Shown piece by piece: positions 35,507 to 46,290 of a DNA stretch of 64,000 nucleotides (positions within the stretch are counted from its first letter, which is position 1; the number at the start of each line of letters is the position of its first letter). Both the position numbers and the translations under genes were made by a program. This DNA is from an uncultured virus (IMG/VR IMGVR_UViG_3300003320_000087) (Duplodnaviria; Heunggongvirae; Uroviricota; Caudoviricetes), in IMG/VR virus record IMGVR_UViG_3300003320_000087, positions 1 through 64,000 of that record, one strand, 5' to 3'. The notes beneath the pieces were generated by a model that was not told the DNA's origin, ran no database searches, and worked only from the letters and a program-made list of their open reading frames with translations.

Positions 35507-38500
35507 ATGCAGTCGGGCTCATTGTTCATTCAGAACGCCCTAAAGGAGGGCGAGAACCTTACTCCAGCAGCACGTGTAATTGCTGAGTGGAATCACAATC
35601 GCTATACAGAAATCACCACAGTAGATAATTTTGGTCATGCTGAGGAAACCTATGGCTATGACCTTGATATGTATCCCATTGAGACTATTACGCAACCTCT
35701 TCGTCCAACGGCGGGTTTGTTGAAGGCTCGTGTTGGTGAGGGTGCTGTAGTTCAAGGGTATTCTGATACTCCTGGTGTTTATAGGACGTATACTGCTGAC
35801 CCTGATTCAAAGTACAAGTACTGGACTGGTCCCTCTCAATCAAATACAACGCCTTATTCGGGCGGTGGATATACGCTACCCGAAACTGTTCAGCCGTATA
35901 TCATCTACGCGAATCCTGTTTTGACGAACAAGATTTATATTTGCATCGAGAATTCATGGGCCCGGCCACAGAAGTGGGATATTCAGATTACAACTAACGG
36001 GACTACTTGGACAACAATTGCTTCCGATGTGGTAACGAATAGCAAGGGTCAGGTCATCCTGTATTTGCAGGATGCTGGAACCACATGGTCGTCTACTGTA
36101 GCACGCGACTTTGCAATGGATATTAAGGGTATTCGTCTTGTTGTTCATTCAATGAGTAGAATTAATTCTTGGTTCAATCTAGTTGAACTTGGCGCTCGAC
36201 TTGAGAAGGATTTGTCAGACAGAGTCGTTGATTATTCCGTCAGCAATGAGCTTGGTGATACTGATTTTATTACTCCAATGGGAACCATTAGTTCAAATAC
36301 TGGTTCTGTAACGCTGTCTAATTATGATGGCATTTTTCATATTGACAACGTAGATTCTCCTTATTATGGGCTTATTGATGCCAATGTAAAGTTTACTATC
36401 GATTTTGGTATTGATGTTTCCGATTGGGGCGGCTCAGGGATTGAGTACATCAGACTTGCGACCATGTACTCAGAAAATTGGGGCGGTGGAGATGAAACAG
36501 TTCAGGTTCCTCTCAAGGATGCCTCAAAGTTTCTTCAGGAGATTAAGCCTCTCAAGGAACTGATGCAGGATGTAACCATTGGTATGGCTATTTGGCGTAT
36601 GCTGGATTCGGTCGGGTTCATTGATTACGAATACACAAGAAGCGCTGAAGTTGCGTCTAATAATATTGCATTCTATTGGACAGATGATGAGAAGACAATT
36701 TGGGACCATATTCAGGAACTATGTCGTGTCACTCAGTCAGCTTGCTACTTTGATGAACATGGAATTCTGCAAATCAAGACAAGGGACTCTGCTTTCAATA
36801 AGACAGCACCAGTTGTTTGGACTTTTGATTATGCTAAGAATGGGAGTAAGCTTCCTGACATTGTAAGCCTACAGGTTGGTGACAACTTTGAGGCAAACAA
36901 GGTTACTGTAAAATATCAGAAGACCACTCTTGCTCAAGATTCTCAAGGAAGGCCAATTTCTGAGGTTGTTTGGCAACCTGATGACACTATTGTTTTGCGT
37001 AGCTCTGCTTTGACTACTGCTATGACTAAGGAAGATATGCACTTCTGGATTGACAAGAAGGACGTTACTGATTGGCCGTATGAAGGTATGGTAAATATTC
37101 GTGGTGAGCTTATCAAGTATAAGGGTAAGGGATATCGCTATTATCCGGCCGGTGGTTCATATACTGGAAATATCAATGCTGATACAGTGTTCAAGGTAAT
37201 CTATACCAGTGATGAAAAGTTGCAGATTGATAATGAACTCTCTTCAGAGACTGATGGTTGGAGAAATTATTTCACTGGCTATATGAATGTTGAAGAGCGT
37301 GGTTACGATAGCACAACGGCGAAGGACTATCCTCTTATTCAGAATATTTGGTTGAGCAACGGGTCCTATTTTGGCAGTTCTGGAACGCAGAAGCTATGGA
37401 ATGGTGGAACAAAGTTCATGCCAACCGATTCTCTTCTAAGACTACAGGCTACTGGAAAGAAGGCTACATCAAAGCATCTTTACACAGCACGGCGAGGTGA
37501 CTGGGAGGGTGAAGCTCCAAGGTTCATTGGAACCAGAGTTAAGTTTCCTTCTAACCCTAAGGGAAGTCAGTCAATCGGCGGGGTTTGGTTCTGGGGAAAC
37601 ACATCTCATAATCAAATGTATTGTGTAGATATTCAGAGAACGGCCACTTTGAACAGGAATCTTGGAAATGAGATTCAGGTTTTGAAGAGGAAGTCTGATG
37701 GTTCATTGACTCAGATTGGTGGGAAGGGTGCTACATTCGCAATTGATTATGATAAGTGGTATGACATTGATATTGTTGTTTCTGGAACATCTAGAGTAAC
37801 TGTTGCAATCAATGGAAATGTCGTTCTGAACGTAATTGATAGTGACCCTATTCCTGCTTCTGGTTGGGCTGGACTTTACGCTAGAGGAGATAGTGTTGTT
37901 GATTTTGAGTATTTCTACATGATGGCTGATGGGGGTATTCAGGAAACAGACCTAGATAATTCTTCATATCTTGATTTGATTCGCGGCGGTTATTATTCAA
38001 GTCAGTACTACAGAGACTTCGTAACTCGTACAAGAACATGGATTAGAAGAAGAGGAAAGAAAACGGTCCTTGACACTCAATGGTATGACCAGAGGTACTT
38101 TGATGAGTTTGGTATGCAGGTTCATGAGTATAGACCTTATGACATTACCTTTGAAAAGTCGCCGGTTCTGTATTCCAGCCTATATGTGAGCAATGATAGC
38201 CAAATTGTACAGGATGAGTATATTCACAATCCATTTGGTGCCAAGTTCATCATTGCCAACGCATCGAGAGTAAATTCTGTAGTTAATGGTGAAGACACAT
38301 TGACTTTTGGGGCGGATAATCCTGTAGACCAGAAAATCATGATTATTGGCAGAACAGTTCAGCAAGCAGAAACAACAGACTATGTTGTACAGAATGATGT
38401 AGCAATTCGTGCTCGTGGTGAGATTGCTATTGAATTCTCCTCTCCTTGGATTCAGTCTGAGGCAACAGCTAAGGCTCTCGGAGACTGGATTGTCGAAAAC

Positions 38501-38695
38501 TGGGGTTCTCCTGCTGACCAAGTTGAGCTAGAAGTCTTTGGAAATCCCCTTCTACAAATTGGTGATATTGTGGCAATCAACTATTCCCCTAGGGATATGA
38601 CTGAGTCTACACATAAGTATTTCGTTGTTTCAGTTGACCAGAATTGGGAAGCTGGGCTTACAACTACATTGACTTTGCGTAGAGCAAGAATTTGA
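35507..38695 (+). CDS. large minor tail protein (hub/Tal-like)
   Basis: 1062 aa; YFDEHGIL, GNPLLQIGDIV motifs. Confidence 0.8.
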   Translation: MQSGSLFIQNALKEGENLTPAARVIAEWNHNRYTEITTVDNFGHAEETYGYDLDMYPIETITQPLRPTAGLLKARVGEGAVVQGYSDTPGVYRTYTADPDSKYKYWTGPSQSNTTPYSGGGYTLPETVQPYIIYANPVLTNKIYICIENSWARPQKWDIQITTNGTTWTTIASDVVTNSKGQVILYLQDAGTTWSSTVARDFAMDIKGIRLVVHSMSRINSWFNLVELGARLEKDLSDRVVDYSVSNELGDTDFITPMGTISSNTGSVTLSNYDGIFHIDNVDSPYYGLIDANVKFTIDFGIDVSDWGGSGIEYIRLATMYSENWGGGDETVQVPLKDASKFLQEIKPLKELMQDVTIGMAIWRMLDSVGFIDYEYTRSAEVASNNIAFYWTDDEKTIWDHIQELCRVTQSACYFDEHGILQIKTRDSAFNKTAPVVWTFDYAKNGSKLPDIVSLQVGDNFEANKVTVKYQKTTLAQDSQGRPISEVVWQPDDTIVLRSSALTTAMTKEDMHFWIDKKDVTDWPYEGMVNIRGELIKYKGKGYRYYPAGGSYTGNINADTVFKVIYTSDEKLQIDNELSSETDGWRNYFTGYMNVEERGYDSTTAKDYPLIQNIWLSNGSYFGSSGTQKLWNGGTKFMPTDSLLRLQATGKKATSKHLYTARRGDWEGEAPRFIGTRVKFPSNPKGSQSIGGVWFWGNTSHNQMYCVDIQRTATLNRNLGNEIQVLKRKSDGSLTQIGGKGATFAIDYDKWYDIDIVVSGTSRVTVAINGNVVLNVIDSDPIPASGWAGLYARGDSVVDFEYFYMMADGGIQETDLDNSSYLDLIRGGYYSSQYYRDFVTRTRTWIRRRGKKTVLDTQWYDQRYFDEFGMQVHEYRPYDITFEKSPVLYSSLYVSNDSQIVQDEYIHNPFGAKFIIANASRVNSVVNGEDTLTFGADNPVDQKIMIIGRTVQQAETTDYVVQNDVAIRARGEIAIEFSSPWIQSEATAKALGDWIVENWGSPADQVELEVFGNPLLQIGDIVAINYSPRDMTESTHKYFVVSVDQNWEAGLTTTLTLRRARI

Positions 38696-38734
38696 TAATT
38701 TGACTTTCATTTGACTGAAAGATATAATTACATT

Positions 38735-39118
38735 ATGAGTCAGATTTCCACAGCAAATGTCATTAAGACCCCAGAGGTCGTTCTTCATCCGGCGTTCTTT
38801 TTGCCACCGGATGTTGTTGATATTCGTGTTTCCGATACATCGGACCCATCTGAGGAAGATGGCGTAACGTTTGATGATGTAATCGATGCTGATGATGTAA
38901 TTGATGGCTCTGCCGACGATGGTGGTATCTCTGATACCCCAAACATTCCTACAGACGATGATGGTGAGGGAGTAGAAGTGCTCCCTACACCACAATGGAT
39001 GAACATTATTAGTCAGCAGGTAAGAATCGCCCCGGATGGTAAAGCAGTTGTTGATGTTGTAATCGAGCTTGAAGACGTAACCGGAGCATCAGAATACGAC
39101 GTAAGGATTACCAAGTGA
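38735..39118 (+). CDS. acidic minor tail protein (leaderless)
   Basis: TTGACT-17-TATAAT-6-ATG. Confidence 0.7.
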   Translation: MSQISTANVIKTPEVVLHPAFFLPPDVVDIRVSDTSDPSEEDGVTFDDVIDADDVIDGSADDGGISDTPNIPTDDDGEGVEVLPTPQWMNIISQQVRIAPDGKAVVDVVIELEDVTGASEYDVRITK

Positions 39119-40011
39119 GAGGCATCTACCGATTTTATCAGAATAATGAGCTTATTGCAGAACATGAAAACCTCATTACCACAGAAGGTAAGAGGCTTAT
39201 TTTGCGCTATCTTGCCGGACAATCACCTTCTCTAGGTGCTGCGATTGGTTTGGGAGTTTCCGGAGTTGCGGCAACTTCAGCCGATACCATTCTTGGGTTT
39301 GAAATTGACAGAGTTGCTGTCGATTTGAAGAATGCAGACTATGTAAACAATGTTGTTTTGTTCAAGGGAACAATCGAGCAGGATGCTGCTTTCAGCATTT
39401 ATGAGGCGGGTTTGTGGAGCACCGCGACAAATGATTTGAGTGGAGAATTCGACTCAAGACTTATGACGACTTTTGATTCTGACCTTGAAGCATGGACAAA
39501 CATCACTCTAGATTCTTCAGTTGCAAGAACAGGTCCGGATGCTGCAAAGGTAAGTGCCGGGTCAAGCGCAACCACATCCCCAAGACTAGATGTTGATATG
39601 GATTTGTCTGGTTATTCAGCAAATGACACATTCTATCTAGCATTCAGCAAGCCGAATAATAACATTGCATCAATTAAGCTGATTTTTGAGGACACATCAA
39701 CCGGTGGGTCTTTTTCCCTGACAAAGACTGTATCTTCTCTTCCTACGGGCTATAACATTCTAGCTTTTAGAAAGGGAGATTTTGTTGTATCTGGAACAAT
39801 CAGTTGGGACAGCATTACTCGTTTCGGATTTGATGTAACAGCCACAGCAACGGCGGGCTATGTTATTTTGGACGGGCTAAGAATTGAAGACCTAGATACA
39901 GTGAATCAGAATTTCGTTCTTGTATCACATACAGTATTGTCTTCTCCATTGGTAAAGTCAAGTACGGCTCCAATGGACGTTGAATATGCATTGGACTTTA
40001 GCGTAACATGA
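39115..40011 (+). CDS. minor tail protein
   Basis: NLITTEGK...IYEAGL baseplate-type motifs. Confidence 0.75.
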   Translation: MRGIYRFYQNNELIAEHENLITTEGKRLILRYLAGQSPSLGAAIGLGVSGVAATSADTILGFEIDRVAVDLKNADYVNNVVLFKGTIEQDAAFSIYEAGLWSTATNDLSGEFDSRLMTTFDSDLEAWTNITLDSSVARTGPDAAKVSAGSSATTSPRLDVDMDLSGYSANDTFYLAFSKPNNNIASIKLIFEDTSTGGSFSLTKTVSSLPTGYNILAFRKGDFVVSGTISWDSITRFGFDVTATATAGYVILDGLRIEDLDTVNQNFVLVSHTVLSSPLVKSSTAPMDVEYALDFSVT

Positions 40012-43000
40012 CAAGAATTCTACTAAGAGACCTTGAGCCAGGAAGGCTCTATCGAATTCAGGCCAGAGCAAATAATGGTGATGACACCTCTCAGTGGTCA
40101 CAACTCTGGGACCTTCAGACAACCAGCGATATTATGCCACCAGCCGCACCTACCAGTCTTTCTTGGACTGTTGAGGGTACGGCTTTTAAGGCTGTCTGGA
40201 CAGGGCCAACAACAAATCAAGATGGTAGCACTCTAAAGGATTTCAAAGACTTTCAAGTAAAGGTTTTCTCTCCAGCAGCACCTTCTACTATTGCTACATA
40301 TTATACTCCAGCAGCTAGATTTGATTTCCCATTTGAAATGAACGTCAATGCTCTTGGAACCCCTCGCGCTCAGGTAACAATTGAGGTAAGAGCACGTGAT
40401 AATTCGGGGAATCTTTCTTCGGCGGCAACATCAACTGTTTCAAATCCTGCCCCGGCCAATGTGACGGGTTTCACGGCAACTGGAGTAACAGACTCCATCG
40501 CTTTGTCATGGAATCAGAATACAGACACTGACCTAAAGTATTATCAGGTTTATCAGGGAACTGCGCTTGGTGCAGAAAATACTTTGGTATATACAGGATT
40601 GGGCAATTCATATAAGTTCGATACACTGTCAACAAATCCACAGTACTTCAAGATTTATGCGGTTGACGTATTTAATACACAGTCAGCAACTGCGGCACAA
40701 GCCAACGCAACCGCACGAAGCTCCATTGGTGTTGATGTGACTCCACCAGCAGCACCTACAGGAGTTACGGTTTCTTCTGCTCTTGATACTTCTGACGCTT
40801 CTGGTGGAAGAGCTTATATCGATGTTTCTTGGACAGGTGTAGCAGATACAGACCTACAGAATTATAGTGTTCGTTATAGTACTGGAACTACTTGGGAATA
40901 CACTAATGTCCCAGATGGCGTTACTAATGCTCGAATCAATGGTCTGCGTCCGGGTACTGCATATAATGTTGCTGTTGCAGCAGTAGACTTCCAAGGAAAT
41001 TCTAGCGCATACACAAATGCAGGAACGTATCCAATTACGACAACTTCAGATACAACAGCCCCCGCCGCTCCAACTGGAGTGACTGTGGGTGCCGGTGTAA
41101 CTACAATGACGGTTTTCTGGAATGAGAATACCGAGAATGATGTAAAGAATGGCATTGGATTCTATGAAGTACAACTAGATACAGTTAATACATTTAACTC
41201 AGGTAACCTTATCACAAAGAGAGTGACTGCTACAATTACTTCATTCTCAAACCTTACTTCAAATACAACATATTATACAAGAGTGAGGGCTTATGATGCA
41301 TCTGCCAATGCAAGCTCATATTCTTCAATTGTATCTGGAACTCCGCGTTATGTAGCCAATGCTGATATTCAGGCAGGTACTATCAATGGTGACAGAATTA
41401 CCGCTGCAACCATTAATGGTGACAGAGTTATCGCAAACAGCCTTGATGCAAATACAATCAAGGCTAATACGACATTCTCTCAGAACTTGACTGTTGGTTC
41501 AACCTTCACAATTGGTACCAGCGGAATTATGCAGAGCGCGAATTATTCCGCTGGCGTTGCGGGCTGGCAGCTAACTAACAGCACGCTAGAAATTAACCAG
41601 GGTACCATCAGGGCTGCGGCGCTACTCCTTCAGAACGGCCACAACATGCTTCACCCTGCTTATGCCGATTGGGAATTCCTTTCAACATGGTATTCAGGAA
41701 AGCTGGAAACTGTAACGCCATCTGGAACTCTTACTGCCACAATCGTTGATTCGGTAACACAGGCTCCAAAATTTGGCGGGCAGTGCCTGAGAGTTGTGCG
41801 CTCAGGAGGTTCAGCAGGAGATGATTCAGACGTATGGCTAGGAGCTAGCTCAACATCATACAATGTTGCTGTTGAACAGAACACTACATACATCTTTTCT
41901 GTATGGATTTTCAATGCTTCTGGTTCTGGTGCAAAGAATGTCCAGCTAAAGCTTCGCTCTAGTGATGGAACGTATCGTTCCTTTGACTCAATGTCATCAA
42001 GGGCGGCAAATGGTGCATGGACAAGATATTCTGGAACACTGACAACTGGAACATATAATGCAATTACAATTGGATTGTCTACAGAAACAGATGGAACGCT
42101 GTATTTTGATGGCCTTCAGCTTGAACCGCAATTGACTAGTTCTACATCACCTTCACCATGGAAGCCACCAAGTCAGACTACTATTGATGGTGGAATCATC
42201 AGAACTGGTTCTATTCTGTCCACAGCTTCAGCCAATGGCTTGGCTGGTCAACCAGCATGGTCAATTAACGTGTCTGGTGCAGCTCAGTTTGGTGATGCTA
42301 CAATTCGTGGACGTCTTGTTGTTGGTGACCCAAGCAACCCGTCTGCTGATGGTGTTAACAGTAAGATTATGTCATCCAACTATTCGGCGGGTTCTGCCGG
42401 ATGGGTTATCAGAAATGACGGATTTGCTGAATTCAATAACGTAACTATTCGTGGTGGAACTGTAGTTTCTGGTACAGGATTGTACTACAACGGAACTCCA
42501 GCGGCCGGAAACTTGCTATTTGCTATTGCTGCTGCTTCTGGAACAGATTCCTTTGGTAATACATACCCAAGAGGTGTCAGTGCTGGAGTAAGTACCGGGC
42601 CTCAGGTAATCATGAACACTAACAGTGGCGCCGGATTTATTCAGTTCCCAACACATAGGTCAATTGAGAACGTTGCCGGTAGAATTCTTGTTGGTGTTGT
42701 TAATTCTGGAGCTGTAAATGAGTATGCGTCGCTTCAGCTACTTGGTCCAACAGTAACAGGGGCAACGGACAGTGCAAGTCTTTTGCTAGCTTCACAGAAT
42801 AATGATGGAAGCTCCAATGCAAATGCTACCATTGCCACTGGAACGTCAAATGTTACCATCGATAAGGACCTTGTTCGACTAGTTGGAAACCGTTTGCAAA
42901 TTAGCCCCACTCCATCATCAAGTTCTGTTATTTTCATTAATCCTCAGTCTACTTATACTGGAAACTTCCTTAGATTCCAGAATGATGGAACGGATGTATT

Positions 43001-43418
43001 TTCACTCTCTATTGATGGTGTAATTACAAATTATTCGCAAAATGCATTTGGAACATATACTCCTTCTATTACTGGAGGAGGAACAGTTACATGGTCATCT
43101 TTGACTGGTTGGTACCAAAGGATTGGTAAGATGGTTTACGTAAATATCTGGGCGGTGGCCAGCGCTGCTGGTTCAGGAAGTTCGACCTTGAGTGTAACTA
43201 CACCAACAAGCGTAGAGCGTACTAATCAGCAAGTTCTGGTTGGTCATATTGCAGGTTCTTCAGCAATTAACGGAACAGTTGCAGCGGTTGCCCTGACTTC
43301 AGGTTCTGGAACTACAGTTGACCGTATCAGAACAAATGCGGGTGCTAACATTACTGGTTCTCAAATTAACGCTTCGGGATGGTCGATGAATCTTCAGGGT
43401 TGGTATCGAGAAGCGTGA
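40008..43418 (+). CDS. tail fibre with FN3 repeats and carbohydrate-binding-like module
   Basis: repeated PAAPT...W...Y FN3 units; YIFSVW...WTRYS...FDGLQLE module. Confidence 0.85.
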   Translation: MTRILLRDLEPGRLYRIQARANNGDDTSQWSQLWDLQTTSDIMPPAAPTSLSWTVEGTAFKAVWTGPTTNQDGSTLKDFKDFQVKVFSPAAPSTIATYYTPAARFDFPFEMNVNALGTPRAQVTIEVRARDNSGNLSSAATSTVSNPAPANVTGFTATGVTDSIALSWNQNTDTDLKYYQVYQGTALGAENTLVYTGLGNSYKFDTLSTNPQYFKIYAVDVFNTQSATAAQANATARSSIGVDVTPPAAPTGVTVSSALDTSDASGGRAYIDVSWTGVADTDLQNYSVRYSTGTTWEYTNVPDGVTNARINGLRPGTAYNVAVAAVDFQGNSSAYTNAGTYPITTTSDTTAPAAPTGVTVGAGVTTMTVFWNENTENDVKNGIGFYEVQLDTVNTFNSGNLITKRVTATITSFSNLTSNTTYYTRVRAYDASANASSYSSIVSGTPRYVANADIQAGTINGDRITAATINGDRVIANSLDANTIKANTTFSQNLTVGSTFTIGTSGIMQSANYSAGVAGWQLTNSTLEINQGTIRAAALLLQNGHNMLHPAYADWEFLSTWYSGKLETVTPSGTLTATIVDSVTQAPKFGGQCLRVVRSGGSAGDDSDVWLGASSTSYNVAVEQNTTYIFSVWIFNASGSGAKNVQLKLRSSDGTYRSFDSMSSRAANGAWTRYSGTLTTGTYNAITIGLSTETDGTLYFDGLQLEPQLTSSTSPSPWKPPSQTTIDGGIIRTGSILSTASANGLAGQPAWSINVSGAAQFGDATIRGRLVVGDPSNPSADGVNSKIMSSNYSAGSAGWVIRNDGFAEFNNVTIRGGTVVSGTGLYYNGTPAAGNLLFAIAAASGTDSFGNTYPRGVSAGVSTGPQVIMNTNSGAGFIQFPTHRSIENVAGRILVGVVNSGAVNEYASLQLLGPTVTGATDSASLLLASQNNDGSSNANATIATGTSNVTIDKDLVRLVGNRLQISPTPSSSSVIFINPQSTYTGNFLRFQNDGTDVFSLSIDGVITNYSQNAFGTYTPSITGGGTVTWSSLTGWYQRIGKMVYVNIWAVASAAGSGSSTLSVTTPTSVERTNQQVLVGHIAGSSAINGTVAAVALTSGSGTTVDRIRTNAGANITGSQINASGWSMNLQGWYREA

Positions 43419-43490
43419 CAATTTGATAACGCAGTCTTGACAACCCTCCGAAATCATGATTATAATATACAAAGGTAGAAAGAAAAGGTT

Positions 43491-43682
43491 ATGGATAATA
43501 GTAAGAGACTAGAACTAATTATTACTGCTCTAAAAGAGAGTCTAGCACAAAAGGTTACTAGCTATGAAGAGCAGCTAGCATTGATTCGGGCGGATGCTAC
43601 AATGATTGTAGAAGAGAACAATTTGAGAATTGCAGAACTGGAAAAGAGGCTAGCAGAGCTAGAAGGTGGAGATGTTTCGTAA
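43491..43682 (+). CDS. small coiled-coil protein
   Basis: 63 aa, own promoter TTGACA-18-TATAAT. Confidence 0.7.
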   Translation: MDNSKRLELIITALKESLAQKVTSYEEQLALIRADATMIVEENNLRIAELEKRLAELEGGDVS

Positions 43683-44070
43683 GAAGAGTGAGCAGCGCCC
43701 GATTCCTACAACAAGAACAGAATATCCATACGGGGTGTTTCTTTGTACAGAATCCGGATTCTTTCTTGTAAGAGATAAGTGCAGATTCAAGATTAAGTCT
43801 CAAAGAGCGATGGCTAGCTGGTCGGCACCTGTGCTACAATCTTCAGAGAACGCTGTGAAACACCTCCCAATTTTGGGAACTGTTGGATTTAGGGACGGGT
43901 CTCTTGTAAGAAACTTTGCTGATGGCAAAGTTTATCTTATCTCAAAGAATCTGAAAAGGCACATTCAATCTCCGGATGTGTTTGACAAGTTTGGCTTGAA
44001 CAAGAATCTTATCATTGATGCTTCTCTTGAAGAGGTAAATATTCATGAGGATGGGGAGGTGTTGAGCTAA
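43672..44070 (+). CDS. hypothetical protein
   Basis: GFRDGSLV...KVYLI...KRHI repeat-type motif. Confidence 0.7.
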   Translation: MFRKKSEQRPIPTTRTEYPYGVFLCTESGFFLVRDKCRFKIKSQRAMASWSAPVLQSSENAVKHLPILGTVGFRDGSLVRNFADGKVYLISKNLKRHIQSPDVFDKFGLNKNLIIDASLEEVNIHEDGEVLS

Positions 44071-44511
44071 TTGTCCGTTTCATCATTTAAAGATGTTAAT
44101 TGGGGTTCCAATGAGTATCTAGCAAGTGACAAGTTGAATACAATGGTATCAAATACAAGATACCTGTTTGAAAGGGCTCCAAAACTTTATTATAATTCAT
44201 ATTCAACAAAGAAAGATACTGGAATTAAAATTGCTTGCGGAACCGCAACAATTGCGCCGGGTAAGGTACATTACTATACAAAGACAATCAACTTTGGTTC
44301 GTTCTTTACTGTAGGTTCTAAGCCGGTAATTGTTACTAGCGTTACCTCTCCATATAATAGAAGAATGATTCTTTCTCATTGGGGAATTCAGGGAACTGGT
44401 TATGTTCCAGACCATAGAGGCTTTGTTGTTTGTGCAGCAACGGCTACAGTTGAGAAGTCGCATGTTTTGTCTAAGCAGATTTATGTGAATTGGCTAGCAA
44501 TGGGATACTGA
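44071..44511 (+). CDS. putative virion protein (H-type-lectin-like C-terminus)
   Basis: KLNTMVSN, INFGSFF...PVIV, VNWLAMGY. Confidence 0.6.
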   Translation: MSVSSFKDVNWGSNEYLASDKLNTMVSNTRYLFERAPKLYYNSYSTKKDTGIKIACGTATIAPGKVHYYTKTINFGSFFTVGSKPVIVTSVTSPYNRRMILSHWGIQGTGYVPDHRGFVVCAATATVEKSHVLSKQIYVNWLAMGY

Positions 44512-44530
44512 TATAAACTGGAAAGGGGAC

Positions 44531-44818
44531 GTGTCTGTGAAATATTCACCACTTCAGAAGTGGTATAGACGCGACCGTCGCCTAAACTCTAACGGATATG
44601 TTCTGGTTTGGGTTCCAGAGCATCCAAAGAGTTTTGCGGGCGGATGGTACTATGAACATAGGCTTGAGGCAGAGAGGAGTGTGGGAAGAATTCTCAAATC
44701 ATGGGAAACCGTGCACCATATCTCTGGAGACAAGACGGATAATTCATGGTGGAACCTGTTCGTTTGCACCAGGAAAGAGCACGATAACGCTGAACGGTTG
44801 ACACCGCAAATTGCGTGA
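44531..44818 (+). CDS. HNH endonuclease
   Basis: YEHRL...ETVHHISGDKTDN...NL...EH. Confidence 0.85.
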   Translation: MSVKYSPLQKWYRRDRRLNSNGYVLVWVPEHPKSFAGGWYYEHRLEAERSVGRILKSWETVHHISGDKTDNSWWNLFVCTRKEHDNAERLTPQIA

Positions 44819-44884
44819 GCTACAATAAGATGTACGTTGAACGGGGCTGGGTAACTGGTCCCGTTCTTTTTGATAGGAGAGTAT

Positions 44885-45700
44885 ATGAAGTGGGCTTTTG
44901 TAGGAGATTTGCAAGCACCATATCATGACAAGAGGGCGGTGGACCTTTTCTTCAAGGCGATGAAATGGTGGAAGCCCGATGCGATGGATTTCCTTGGTGA
45001 CATTGATGACCAGCTAGAGTATAGTCGGTTTTCTGATGGAACTACTGACGAATTCTTCAGTCAGCTAAAGAAGGAAAAGAAGATTGAGGAAGAGACTGAT
45101 GAGCAGTTTCGCGGCCGGGTTTCCCCTCTTCCATTTGTAAAGAAAAATGCAGAGGTGGCAAAGGAGTTCTATTCGTTTGCTAGACTTCAGCATAAGGATG
45201 CAGACATGCATGCTAGTTTGGGAAATCATGATATCCGTGCCAAGGGATATATGGATAAGAAGTTTCCTGAGTACGTTGATGAAGTAACCCCAAACATGCT
45301 GTGGTCATTGGATGACCTAGGAATTGCATGGAGGCCATACGAATTGCCGCCAGTGGAAAGATTCGGCGGGATTTATGTCCATCATGGTAATACAACAACC
45401 ACAACAGGTCTAGCAGTAAAGAGTGACATTGAGAACTACAATATCTCTTTGGCTCGTGGTCATGACCATCGCGGTGGTGTAGTATACAAGTCTTATCCAA
45501 TGACAGGGACCACATTGGTTGGTCTAGGCACTGGTCATATGTGTGACCCAAGTGCATATGGATTGCGTTATACAACGAATCCATCCTGGGAATTGGGATT
45601 TGGAATTGGGCATGTTATTGATAATGTTCCATTTCTTCAATTCATTCCAATTTCTCCAGAATATGTTATTGTTCTGGACGGGAAGGTTTTCAAGGGATGA
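44885..45700 (+). CDS. calcineurin-like metallophosphoesterase
   Basis: GDLQ, GDIDD, GNHD, HHG, GHDH. Confidence 0.85.
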   Translation: MKWAFVGDLQAPYHDKRAVDLFFKAMKWWKPDAMDFLGDIDDQLEYSRFSDGTTDEFFSQLKKEKKIEEETDEQFRGRVSPLPFVKKNAEVAKEFYSFARLQHKDADMHASLGNHDIRAKGYMDKKFPEYVDEVTPNMLWSLDDLGIAWRPYELPPVERFGGIYVHHGNTTTTTGLAVKSDIENYNISLARGHDHRGGVVYKSYPMTGTTLVGLGTGHMCDPSAYGLRYTTNPSWELGFGIGHVIDNVPFLQFIPISPEYVIVLDGKVFKG

Positions 45701-45764
45701 TTGCCCTTGAACGTGCGCTCTGCTATAATGGGCGTAGATAAAAAGTAAAGGAGGTATAACCTAT

Positions 45765-46109
45765 ATGGCTTATGCCAAGTCTCTACTAGCAGTTCTTGTT
45801 ACTGCTATTACAGCTATTGTTGCTGCACTTACTGATAACGTTATTACAAACGTTGAGTGGATTAATGTTGGTATTGCTGCTGCTGGTGCTGCTGCTGTTT
45901 TTGCTGCACCTAATGTTCCTGGTGCACGTTACACAAAGGCGGTTCTCGCAGTAATCACCGCAGTTCTTACATTCTTCGTTACTGCTGTAACTGACGGAAT
46001 TTCAGCGGCTGAGTGGATGCAGGTACTTGTTATTGCTGCTGGTGCTATTGGCGTCTATGCAGTTCCAAACAAGCCTTCGACCACGATTGGTCAGCCTGGT
46101 GTACTGTAA
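45765..46109 (+). CDS. holin (putative)
   Basis: small multi-TM protein with duplicated EW...AAGA..V.A.PN unit; own promoter. Confidence 0.7.
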   Translation: MAYAKSLLAVLVTAITAIVAALTDNVITNVEWINVGIAAAGAAAVFAAPNVPGARYTKAVLAVITAVLTFFVTAVTDGISAAEWMQVLVIAAGAIGVYAVPNKPSTTIGQPGVL

Positions 46110-46290
46110 GAAGTGTGGCGGTCGAGTAATGTTCGACCGAGTGTTTTCGGAAAAGAAGCACGTAGAGCTGTTTTGCATTCTCTGTGGAAACAGATGGATG
46201 CTTGATAAGACTAAGAATAGGTTTGCTGCATGGCTATGGAAAATGGAACAAAGCCACGCCAACGCCGCAATCGCAAGTCTGCCAGACTGA
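46099..46290 (+). CDS. zinc-ribbon protein
   Basis: MYCKKCGGRV...FCILCG. Confidence 0.7.
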   Translation: MYCKKCGGRVMFDRVFSEKKHVELFCILCGNRWMLDKTKNRFAAWLWKMEQSHANAAIASLPD

